Source: the human T2T-CHM13v2.0 reference genome, Homo sapiens. Taken from it: a DNA stretch of 64,000 nt. The notes beneath the pieces were generated by a model. The model ran no database searches, was not told the origin of the DNA, and was given only the letters and a program-made list of their open reading frames with translations. Position 1 is the first letter of the stretch. The number at the start of each line of letters is the position of its first letter. The stretch lies in NCBI RefSeq assembly GCF_009914755.1, contig NC_060927.1; one strand, written 5' to 3'. A program made the position numbers and the translations under genes. This document shows, in pieces, positions 15,061 to 29,224 of the stretch.

Positions 15061-15532
15061 ACTTCAACTTCTGTTGGATACAAGGTTTGAATTTTCACAT
15101 CTGATATTTTACCGCTAGTTTCCTGTTTCTCAACCTCAAACCTCACATAACATTTATAAAGGGAGTTATTTCATTTCCCTCTATAAAATGAGGATCTAAT
15201 TTCCACAGAATTACAATGGGCTCATCCACTTAATTAAATTATTTGGAATCGAATTAGACTTATTGTATTTGCCTTTAAGTTTAAAAAGACATCTGAATTT
15301 GAAGGGAAGGAAAAGAACCTCTAAAACAAATCTCTAAACCAGTCTTCTAAAAATAACATCAAAAACCCAAGTAATTAGCTAAATAGGCTTCATATTCAAA
15401 GAGAAATTACCAATTAACCTTCCCCTGGCCCCCTATGAGGAAAGACAGCGAGAGCGTTGAAGAGTGAGGAATTCCTGCAGTGGGAGGATCTGATCCATTT
15501 TGCGGGACGCCCTTGCTGAAGGCAATACTCAC

Positions 15533-15607
15533 TTGAAAGAAAATCCCAGCCACTGATTCCACTTAAGTTTAGAACCTCTTAAGGGCTGAAAGGGCGAGCT
15601 TTGTTTG
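15533..15607 (-). other. Candidate 75-nt exon (or the 3' part of a longer first exon)
   Basis: Minus strand acceptor TTGATTGTTTTTCTCTCAG|C and donor CAA|GTGAGT; 7 CpGs retained over 15449-15742. Confidence 0.35.
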
Positions 15608-15896
15608 CTGAGAGAAAAACAATCAAGATGCGGAAGGAGTTGGCTAAGGAAAGTCTGCCCAGAGTCAGGTCTGTTTTCTGTCAGTAAGTTTGGGTTTGGC
15701 AATAGATACAACCAAGACAGTTGTTTTATTTTGAGCTCAACGCTGGTGAGATGCAATATACAAATATTGTCTAAGCTGTATAACCTTAATTTGCTGATAA
15801 AAATTGGATGTTATGTTTGTGTTAGAACCTAATGCCTTTCTGGAATTCAGACACTATGTGCCATACTGACTGCTTCTCCTTGGTAGGTTAGGCTGT

Positions 15897-15971
15897 CCTT
15901 ACGTGACTTACAGAAGCAGCATATTTTAAAAAAATCCTTACCTGAAAATTGAAAATAGAAAATCAAAAGCT
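15897..15971 (-). other. Candidate recursive splice site (3'ss fused to 5'ss) with downstream alternative donors
   Basis: Minus strand CTTTTGATTTTCTATTTTCAATTTTCAG|GTAAGG; further GTAAGT and GTAAGG 30 and 39 nt downstream. Confidence 0.4.
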
Positions 15972-16092
15972 GAGTATTCTCTTTTCATTGCTCCCATAAC
16001 ACTATCTGTCCCTCTATTTTTGTATTTAGTGAATAGTTTTAACACTGCTTATAAATGTTTTCCTTTAGATTATGAACTCGAGGGATCTTGTA

Positions 16093-16225
16093 TTTTTCTT
16101 TCCTTTTTTTCTCTTTCTTTCTTTCTTTTTCTTTCTTTTTCTTTCTTTCCTTCCTTTCTTCCGCCCCCTCCCTCCCCCTTCCCCTTCCTCACCCCCTCCC
16201 CTCCCCTCCCCTCCCCTTCCCTTTC
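16093..16225. repeat. Polypyrimidine tract (CTTT)n/(CCCCT)n occupying the Alu tail position
   Basis: About 130 nt almost purely C/T, directly adjoining the 3' end of a minus-strand Alu. Confidence 0.9.
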
Positions 16226-16496
16226 TGTCTCATTCTATCACCCAGGCTGGATTGCAGTGGCACAATCTCACTGCATCCTATGCCTCCTGGGTTCAAGCAA
16301 TTCTCATGCCTCAGCCCCCGAGTAGCTGGGATTACAGGCACATGCTACCATGCCCGGCTAATTTTTGTATTTTTAGTAGAGGTGGGATTTTGCTATGTTG
16401 GCCATGCTGGTCTTGAACTCCTGGGCTCAGGGGTGATCCGCTTACCTCAGCCTCCCAAAGTGCTGGGATTATAAGCATGAGCCACCGCACCCAGCC
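16226..16496 (-). mobile_element. AluS (AluSz-like) inserted in an L2 3' end
   Basis: Alu antisense body ending GCCACCGCACCCAGCC; degenerate TSD GATCTTGT...TCTTT on both sides. Confidence 0.9.
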
Positions 16497-16719
16497 AGAT
16501 CTTGTTTATCTTTGTAATATCAGTGCCAAACCATTTCTGACCTACTTAGACAATGCTGAATTTAAAACAAAATTGGGAATGCTTTATCAACCTTACTTAA
16601 AACGTATAAACTCACTCCAACTTGGGCTTTTGTCCCTTTCCCTATGATAAAATTATGTTTGCCACTGACGTCCATGGCCTTCAGTGGCCGATACTGTACC
16701 TATTGTCAGCGTTGGGCAT

Positions 16720-17230
16720 GATTAGCTTTGCTTTCCTTCTGGGACAACATAATTTTTTGTTTTTCTCCCCTCCTCAACCACCGGAGTGCCTCAGGGCTCA
16801 GGTCAAGGATCCGTTCTTCATCAGCACAGTCCACATGATCTTATTTACTCTCTTTGAATGTGGCATCCACATTTGTATTGAAACCCCAAGATCTCCCCGT
16901 TAAACAGCAGTATCATCCTGCTAGTAGCTTTCTCTTGGTTACATAACTGGGATCTCAATAGTACCTGGTCAACATCAAGTCCTGATTTTTCTCCCTCAAG
17001 CCAGTTTCTCTGCAAATCTTTTCCTTCTTTATAAATGGCAAGTCCACCCTTCCAGGGACTCAGGACCCCAAATTTGGAATGTCCTTAACTCCTTTTTCTG
17101 CTACCCCACACAATGAATTTACTAGAACAATCCCATTGTTTCCTCCTTCAATATGTATTCAGAAACTTACCACTTTCCCCCACTGCTATTACTATTGTCC
17201 AAGCCAATGTAATCTCTCATTTGGACTAAG
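16720..17230 (+). mobile_element. L2 LINE fragment
   Basis: GAGTGCCTCAGGGCTCAGGTC...AAATGGCAAGTCCACCCTTCCAG...GTCCAAGCCA L2 body motifs. Confidence 0.6.
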
Positions 17231-17281
17231 ATTTGAAGCATGAGCATTTAATTACAAAGTTCATGCTCCTTTCACCTTTTC

Positions 17282-17471
17282 TAGGTGGTTTTCAAACCTG
17301 GCTGTACCTTAGAATCACCTGGGAAACTTTAAAAACAACTAATATCCAGGCATCAAATCACCTCAGATCCCCTGATGTAATTTGTCTGGTGTGGAGCCCA
17401 GGCATGGGTATTTTTCTTATTTTGATAATCTATGGGTGATTCAAAGGTATAGTTGGGATTGCGAACCACTG
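17282..17471. mobile_element. MER5B-like MITE
   Basis: GGTTTTCAAACCTGGCTGTACCTTAGAATCACCTGGG ... TTGCGAACCACTG TIRs. Confidence 0.8.
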
Positions 17472-17539
17472 CTATATCATGTTGAAGGTGTGGGTGGGGG
17501 TTGAAGTATATCATAATGTAATGTTTTAAAAGTGTGGTC

Positions 17540-18357
<818 letters not shown>

Positions 18358-18499
18358 GGTCCAAGATCAACAGCATCAGTCTTCTCTGAGGACTTGTCAC
18401 AATTGCAAAACCCTGAATTAGAGACTCGAGGCTTACGGTTTAACAACCCACATTTTAACAAGCCATCTAATGCACAGCCAAGTTTGAGAACCCTTAACA

Positions 18500-18720
18500 T
18501 AGAGATTAAGGGCCTTGACTTTGGGTTGAAAAAGATCTAGGTTTTAAATGGACTTTCAACACTTGATAGCCATGCACACTAAATCAAGTAACTCAACGCC
18601 TCTAAGCCTAAATTTACCTAGATGTGAACAAAGGTAATGTTATTTACTGCTCTGAAAAATAATGAGTTAGTTAATGTAAATCACTTGGCCCATACCAATT
18701 GTTCAACAAATAGTAACTAA
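18500..18720 (+). mobile_element. MIR SINE
   Basis: CAAGTAACTCAACGCCTCTAAGCCTAAATTT core similarity. Confidence 0.55.
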
Positions 18721-19448
18721 TACTAAGGGGTATTTTGGAAAGAGTAATGAGTCAGAAACTGAGCCTATAAATAAGCCTATTTTTAAAGATCTGGGGAAGA
18801 CAGTTATGGGAATGTGAAGCAGGTAATCTGAGAATTGTATGAGTAGATTATGCTTTAGAAGACATCAACAGCTAATATTGAAAAATGGACAAAAATGTCC
18901 AGCCTATGGAATATTTAAAGAGTTGATTTCCTCAACAGAATTGGAACTAACTCATGCACATTGTTGGACATATAGTAGTTATATAACTAATAGTTATACT
19001 AACATTTCCTACTTTTTCATTTTGTTAGATAAAGATATTGCTGACTTGCTTTTAGGGTCATCTGTTTAAATACTCTTTGGATGTTTAGATAATAGATTTG
19101 GTCATGCAAAGTACTGATGGCAAATGGGTTAGATTTGAACTTCGGGCTTATGTAAACTTCCTTTTTGAGCCAGGCCTCACTCCCTCCTATTCTCCCTTAG
19201 AGATCCAGAGTCTAAAAGCATTTGTACGTGGCCAACAGGAGGAAGGCATGTGTTGAGAGAATGAAAGGATTCCTGAGATTTTAAATCAGATTCACCTGTT
19301 TATTCTAGAATTTTTCTTTTGTGGTTTAGTGGCAAAGGACTTTGTATGTGTATGTATGTGTGTGCACATGTGTGCCTCTTTAAGATATCCTTACAAGGTT
19401 ACCAAATATTATTATCTGTTTTAAATTACTTAGAATGACTGCATGTTA

Positions 19449-19450
<2 letters not shown>

Positions 19451-19496
<46 letters not shown>

Positions 19497-19578
19497 ATCT
19501 ATCTATCATCTATCTCTCTCAATCAATCATCTATTAGTCTGTCTGTCTATCTATCTGGATGTGTGTGTGTGTGTGTGT
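19451..19578. repeat. Compound STR: (TCTA)11, degenerate TCA/TCTA/TCTG units, then (GT)9
   Basis: Directly visible. Confidence 0.95.
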
Positions 19579-21500
19579 AAATTGTAAAATAGTAATGCCA
19601 GAAAATGGCCTTATAGTCTTTTAGGGTGTTTGTAATTGGATTTACTATTACCACTGAAATTGTCATAAATTTGAGGAATGTGAGATGTTGTACAAAAGAA
19701 TTGAACTCAAGCTTGATTCCTTTGCTTCAGAAGATGCTTCAGGTAGATTAGATAAAATTCTGGAGGTGCTTGAAAAGTTTTGAAAAACAATGAGAATTTA
19801 AACTTGGAGATAGGTAGATAGAAAGAAAAATCATTGAGCAAGATGGAAGTATTGATTTGAGAACATTTGCTGAAAAATGTGAGTGCAGGGGATATTGCAT
19901 AATACACTGGCACATACACATGAAGAGAGTTCTCAGAAATATGCCATGGTGTTGGAGAGAAAATGCCAAGAATAATTTTCCCATTGATCTAAAAGTTCAG
20001 TTTTTGGTTTAATATTTCTCATGAATTTAGGATAAAAATAATTGATCTAACTAACTGGTTTATGTTTAAATATGACTTTAACACGTATTCTATCAGGAGG
20101 TAAAATTTTTATTCATGGAGTTTAGAATATGATCATGTCACTTATGTGAAAAAATAACAATCAGTGAATCAAAAGATATACTATAGTATAGCAAATTTTG
20201 AATTGTGGTTCTGGCATTGATTTCATTAAAATTTCTTTTATTGAAATGAAAAAATAACATAAGCAGATATACATTTGGATGGTCAAAAAGGGAGAGAATC
20301 TCAGTTTATGCATTTAAGCAGTTTTCAGTAATACATTACTGCAAAATTTATAATACCGTGAATTCTAGATCAGTACTCTAAATGAGGCAATTAAACCTTT
20401 GTGTAAGTACTTGTGTCTTTCTTCTGAAAAAAATACTGGTCACTAATTTTCTGTTTTATATTTGTTAAAAAGAAAGCTTTATAGTTTAATTTTACCCTGG
20501 TTAACCTTAACTTGTCAACAGATTATTGAAGATTTGTAAGACTATTTACTCTACTAATCCATAAAAAATGAGGTTACCATAGTAACTAGAATGTCTTTAA
20601 TACTCTGCTTATGTAACCTCTGAGATTCAGAATAGTTTTTCATCTGAACTCTGCTATTAGCTACACTGATTTCAGATGCTCTATTGAACTTCGTACTATA
20701 GAGGGAAGTGCTTTCTTTACTGATTATGCAAGCCTGAGTATTTTTAGACAATTTGTTCATAATATAGTCCAAGTGCCTTGGATGTTTGGGAAATTTTAAA
20801 GGTGGAAATAATTTAAAACCACTTTCAAAAGACTTTGGGAATAGCAAAGAGGTGGTGTTGGAATATTTGTTTAAGAAACTGTGGACTTAAGAGTTTCAAT
20901 TTTCAGAAATGCCTTGAAGTAAAAAGGATCAGTCGTTTGATGCATATGTTATTCTGAGAAATTCTTCTATAGGGAGATTACATCTTGTTATTGGGAGACT
21001 ATCTTATTAACTCAGATCATGTAAAGAAACACAAATCTTGCTTCTTCCTAATAAGTTCTACTACAAATAATATATACATGATTTTTGCAAGGAGTGAGTG
21101 GAATTGAGGTTCCGGAAATTTAACACACTCTTCGTATGGCTCATTTTCATGCTGTTGCCTCTATTTGGAATGATTTCATCATTTCTGCACACCTCCATCC
21201 CTAGCATGCCCCTAATATTTCTTGGTTTACTCTTATTTATTCTTTACATCTTATCTGAGATGTCATATTCTCTAGGAATATTGCTACGTTAAGACTTTTT
21301 ATACATGCTTGTATAATATCTCTTGAAGATAGTTTCATGACCAATTATAATGGTTGGTTCACTTCTCTGTCATTCACTTGCTCAGGTGTCCTGAAGGAAA
21401 AGGCCAAGGTATTATGGCTTGGCCTTGGTGCTGTGGGCTTGAAGACCCATTTAGTGCCTTCATTCATAGTAGGTTTCCAATAAATATTACGTCCATTAGC

Positions 21501-21950
21501 TGTATTAGTTTCCTATGGCTGCCATAACAAAATACCACAAACTGGGAAGCTTAAAACAACAGAAACTTATTTTCTCCAGCTCTGGAGGCTAGGTGTCTGA
21601 AAACAAGGTGTTAGAGTTCGTTCCCACTGGAGGCTTTCAGGGAGGATCTGTTCCATGCTTTTCTCCTAGCATCCTTGCAATTACTGGCAATCCTTGGTAT
21701 CCCTTGGTTTGCAGTCATCACATCACTCTAATCAATCTCTGACTCTTATCTTCACATAATATTCTCCCTTGTGTCTTTGTCTGTCTCTTCTCTTCTCATA
21801 AGGACACCAATTATGTTGGATTAGGTCCACCCTATGACCTTATCTTAACTATGTCTCCAAAGGCCCTATTTCCAAATAAGGTTACATTTACAGGTATCAG
21901 AGTTTAGGATTTCAAGATATCTTTTAGGGGACACAACGCAGCCTGCAACA
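21501..21950 (-). mobile_element. MLT1C-like MaLR LTR
   Basis: TGTATTAGTTTCCTATGGCTGCCATAACAAAATACCACAAACTGGG...; ends CA; 450 bp. Confidence 0.85.
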
Positions 21951-22765
21951 GTAACCATCTAATGCATTTTGCCTTTAGGACTGGATTGATATACAATCTT
22001 AACCAGGGGCAGGTTAGTCACTAAGTTGCTAACTAGTTCATTGCTTAGTCATTTTACTTAACAGGATGACATTCACAGAATGAAAAGTACTTGGTCTGAT
22101 TATTTGAATTGTCTTGACATCCAGACCTGATAACTCCTTAGAGAATTTTACATACTGATAGTGGTCTCTGTGATTCAGTCAGCAAATATATGAACTAGTT
22201 TGCTATATGGATACAACTTCAGCAGTTCTAAAAAGGATAAATTTATTTGCAGCAATTTCAGAAAGAATTAGACCCCAGGAACTGTGTCGTATTCAGGGTT
22301 GTTAATTCTTATGTGTAACTCAAATTCTCACATTTTTAATTTGGGTCATCTTTATTTGGCACCCACTGCAAGGCAGGGGGAGAGGAGGCAACAGAAAAGT
22401 TATTTCTTGGCATTTAGAAACTAGTTGATTAACATGCAAATTTTATTCAAAGTAATACAAAATATGCATCTATTATTTTTGGTTCATCAGATTGAGTTAT
22501 TTTTAATTTTAATAAGATGCAACAATAATTAAGTGATTTAAAATATATAATTTAATAGTGAACTAGTTTTGTAGTAGCAATGATTGCCAGGTTGCACATG
22601 AAGCTCCAGGTACAGTATCAGCTACAAGATCCAACAGGCAGTAGGCAGAGAATGGGACCTGGAAACCAGCCCACATTGGTGACAACTAGAGAAGTTTTTA
22701 GAGTTCCAGGGAGAGGATAGCAAATAAATTTGAATTGGCACTAGGCAAGAGAGGGATTTTTACAT

Positions 22766-22800
22766 GTGTGTGTGTGTGTTTGTGTATGTGTGTGTGTCTG
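22766..22800. repeat. Imperfect (TG)n
   Basis: Directly visible. Confidence 0.9.
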
Positions 22801-24332
22801 TTTCCTTTTTAAATATTGTTTTAGGTTAAAAGGTTGATGTGGTTTTGGATCTAATTGGGTGTGAATGTGGACAGGTGGAAATATACATGAATGTTGATGG
22901 GTCTGTATATTTAGTACATAAATGGATATTGCAGCTACTGGTAGATGCTTTGCAACTTCCGAAAGATATGTGTCCTAGTTCTCTAAATTAATAAGACGTT
23001 AGTGTTTTAGAATATAAAAAATTATCACAACGGGTTTTCTTGTTTTTATTATTCTACTAAGCCAGCAGGGGGAAGTCACACATTACTTTTTGGTGGGCTT
23101 CAGAAATATTTTTTCAGACTTTTTCTTAAAAAGGTCCATGCTCTTAGTAAAAAAAAGTAAATAATTTAAAATAGAGAGCTTGTAGTTATGATTCTCATAA
23201 GCATGCTAGCATCAATTCTAAAAAAGCAGCCTGAAACTTTAACTTCTTTACCTTTTCTAAATAAAAAATATACACCTCAATATTCCTGGCAGAAAATATT
23301 AAATAATTACCTTGTTGTTGAGATATGAATAATGTTTCCAAATGGTTAATTTTATTTGTAACATCAGAAATGTAATCACTGAATTTAAATGGCGCTGCAA
23401 AAAGTAAAGGAGAATCTCTTTGTCAATATTTAGTGCTAGAAGTAAATTATTTTGATATATGCCACTGTATTCTTCATCTTTTTTTTTATTTTTTGCAGTT
23501 TAAAAACATCTGAGGAAGATAGAAAACATTTTATCTTTCAAGATAAAAAAAGAAAAGCTCTTTGCCAACAGAAAACATAATATGCGGACTCTATGGCTAT
23601 TGTTTCTGAAAAATATAAGAGATGATTACATCACATTGTGTATTCTGTAGGAAAAACACTGTAATGCTTATATGGCTAATAATGGAATGATCTAAGTCAA
23701 TATATTGTGCAGTTTTGAGTGACAGAAGAATTACACCATTATTCTTTGTATTTTGGTTTCTGCACTAAGTTAGTCATGTTCACTGTTTCATCATCAATTA
23801 TCATTCACTCATTTTATAAAATTTTAGCATCTGCATTTAATGTTACTGTATGGTTTCTGTTTACTACAGCTGGTTGCAATAGACACAGATGACAATTTCA
23901 GAGCTGTGTATAAAAGGTCACAAAAAGTAAACATTCAAAACAGAAACATCTTACTTCCAGAAAGTATAAAATTGACGTATGAGTAAGATGTCAAAAGTTA
24001 TGAAAACTGGAATGTGTTCATCTCATTACATGTAAATGCATCTATTTGAAAAATGTGTTTTTTAAAGTAGATCATTAGGTAACATTAGTCTTAAAAATCA
24101 TAAATTCTCCATCATTATGATTGTTCTATGTTACCAATTACATATAAATGTTAAATTACAGAGAAAACAAATAGAAAATAATCATCACATGTTTAAAAAT
24201 TTGCAAAAATATAAAAAGTTATAAAAAAATTCAGTTCAAGAAGTAGAACAAAGGGCATAAAAATAGTACTTACTGTAAAGACAAAACCACATAATTTATA
24301 TAATACATATTTTATAGAATTTTAGTTATACT

Positions 24333-24344
24333 ACACACACACAT

Positions 24345-24376
<32 letters not shown>
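24333..24376. repeat. (CA)n microsatellite with one TG interruption
   Basis: Directly visible. Confidence 0.95.
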
Positions 24377-24380
<4 letters not shown>

Positions 24381-26249
24381 TGCTAAAATGTGGAATAAAA
24401 AATTTACAGTGGGAGGGCAGGCAGAACAAGGTGACAAGATAGCTATACCTCCAAATCTATATCCTCCATCACCAAGACTTATCTTGAAGTGTTAAACCTA
24501 GAAGTGTATCCAGTAACCAGCCTTCAGAAGAATATTTTTTCCAAAGTGCTGTTGAATTAAAATCATAAACAGCTAATGGAATAGGAATGAAATAATTATT
24601 TTCTTTCATTTGCTGGAGAAAATACTGAGCTATGAGCTTTTCTTTTCACTACTGGGGTTAAAATTTTAAGCATTCTATTCTTAAAGGAGTGTCTTTTTTC
24701 TAAAGATTTACGTTCAGCAGCTGAATTTTAAAGCTCTGAGAACACAGCAGTTATATGTTAAGCCTAGTGCAAACCTGACCTAGATTATTTTCACTGGCTA
24801 AAAATTATGAAAAATATCAATAATTTTATTGGCAAAAAGATACATAGAATAAGTAGTAATCTTAAGAACTGAACAAGGCATCCAGACATACTGAAAAATA
24901 TGGGGCAAAGCAATTAGAGAAAAATTAGTCATTTTCTTCTAGATAGATTATATATTCTTTAACAGTAAGGTTTATGACTATTATCTTTATTTCCCCACCT
25001 GCTCTTCCAGGAATAGCTGCATATAATAGTTACTAAATACATATTTTTAAATTATCAGGTTTCCTTTTAATTCATGTAACGTTTTAATCTGTAAATGTAA
25101 TCACAGAAAGTCACCTCATTTTTAGCTTTACTGATTGGAGATGAGGATTGATATTACGATAAGAGTGATATAACATATGGTAGACCTAAGTGCATGAATT
25201 TTGTATTCCCAGGTATCATTTAAATTTCCTGTCATTTTATGTTGTTATTTGTAATATCTTTGTGTTAACATGCCTCATGGTAATTTAGGAGCAGTGACAC
25301 AGTCTTACTAAAAAAATGCTAGGGCTCTTGGCTTAAAATGTTCACTTGCATTTAATATTACAGAAATTTACATGTTGGGATTAAGTGGCCTGAAAATGTA
25401 AGATAAAATGGAAGTAATGCAACCTACTGCAATAATATTGTGCCAATATTCAGGCAGGGCACAGAGGAAAAACACAACAGGTTTTGAAACCAGTCAAATT
25501 AATCACAGCCTAAGCTGGACAAGAGAGAGGGAACAATTGCTATTCATCAGATCATGCTGTGATGATGAAGGAAACAGATCTGATAATTTGATTACTGGGC
25601 TATAGATACAGAATTTTGGAAATCTTTCTCAAGTAACTAACTTCTGGGAATGTGTGCAAGTATTTCTATGGCTTGGAAGTAGGAGTTGAATCGCTCTTAT
25701 AACTCGTATGTTTTAAGGTGAGCAACCCAGACACAACAAAAACTGTTCAAATATGAGATCAAGCAATAATTCATGATTCACAGACAACAATCAGGGAAAG
25801 GGAGCTAATAGTATGAAACTGATGAACAGAATATCAGAGTAGTAGCCCTTGAGGTATTATGAGCCAGAGATCTATACATGCAATTATAGGCTTCCACTTT
25901 TCATTTTAATGTCATGTTAACCCCTTAAAACCTTTTATTTGTGTCCAATAGAATCAATGTACCTAATAGTCATTCACCTCATAGACTCTACCTCAGGGTG
26001 GTAATTTGAGAGCCTGGAATGCCAGCTGAGGGAAGACATGGGAAGACAGCCAAGATCAGCACTGCCTTTCTGTCAGCCCCTACTTGATTTTCCTTGCATC
26101 AGTGGTGCTATCTAAAGGAATTGCTAAATGGACTGATGGATGTATTTGTTAATAATGACTTTATCTATATAATGAAGTGATGGTTGGTATTCCTGGCCTC
26201 TGAGAATTTTTGAATCCAGATTTTATAAAATATATAAGTCTTGCATTAC

Positions 26250-26510
26250 TCTGAGGCAGCAAGACAGTGTATCTCTTTGAAATGAAGGTGAACTTGACTA
26301 AAATTTCAGGTCTAACATTTTCTAGCTGTATGACTTTGGACACCTCGGTTATTCTCTTTTCCTCACTTTCTTCTTTTATAAAATGGAGATGTTACATGTC
26401 CATTTATATGGTTCATATAGCAAACACTTCATATGGTTGCTGTAAAGAGAAAATGAAATCATCTATGTGAACTGCTTACTGGAATACTGACAGGTAGAAG
26501 ATGCTTACTT
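26250..26510 (+). mobile_element. MIR SINE (apparent donor of the patch at 36885)
   Basis: CTAGCTGTATGACTTTGGACA...CCTCACTTTC...TATAAAATGGAGAT follows the MIR consensus order. Confidence 0.7.
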
Positions 26511-27027
26511 GTTAATAGCTATTTCTATGGCCACAAGATGCTCTTAACTATTTAAAAGCTTCATCATTTGAAAGTGAATACTATTATTTAAACTTGGGAG
26601 CTATCAAATGCATTTCATATTTTCTGTTTGAAAAATATGATGTAAAATAAATTAATACCAAGGAAATATTGGTAGTTCACAAAGTCATTTGCAATAGTCT
26701 CCCAAGACTGAATACTTTGGGGCACCAAATTATGGAAGGCTAGATAAGTGCTTCTGCATTTTAATAAGTGAAGCTGATACTACAACTTTTTAAAGTAATG
26801 ATGTATTTTCATGGCTCCTGTCTCTGTAAAAGCCAAGTGTTCAAAGAAATGCATTAAAAAATTAATGGATATACGAATGCTTTTGGTCTCCACTCTCTTC
26901 TTGCTATGACAGACAAAACAATGGGTGAAAGGAGAGCTTATTATTTCAAAGAGATAATTCCTTAAGTTAAAATGGCAGTGTTTTCTTTCTTTCTTAGGAT
27001 TTCCTTTTACAGGAAGAGTTAAACACC

Positions 27028-27809
<782 letters not shown>

Positions 27810-27854
27810 AGATAATTAATTAGAATATGAATTCTGGGGAACTGTGTATAAACT

Positions 27855-28861
<1,007 letters not shown>

Positions 28862-28906
28862 TAACAAAAAAGCACCATCAGCATTCACATGTGCACATGA
28901 GCAGGA

Positions 28907-28937
28907 ACACACACAGACACACACACACACACACACA
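28907..28937. repeat. (CA)n microsatellite
   Basis: Directly visible. Confidence 0.9.
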
Positions 28938-29224
28938 AAGCAGATCAGCTGTTCAATTAGAAAATCATCATAGCATAACAAAGCCTGCAACTCCATCAAA
29001 ATCAAGTTCTAAGGACAGGGCTATAGAGTTCTATTTACCTGAGGAAGATTAACCACTACAGACCAAGCCAAGATACTCTGGGATGTCCATTGCCATTCTT
29101 CAAAAGGCTCTTTAGTTTTTCAATATTTCCCAAGCTATGATTAAACGTATTACCATCTTTTATATACATAGAAAAGATATATTTAAACACCTCTGGTCTA
29201 CACCTGAAATAAGAATGAAATGTT

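Noticed and set aside
15533-15700. Idea that this is the PDE4D7 first exon
   Set aside because: It does not match my recollection of that 5'UTR; no host gene can be named from the sequence.
23062-23075. CTCF-like CCAGCAGGGGGAAG
   Set aside because: Lacks the conserved C after the G-run and has no supporting CpG context.
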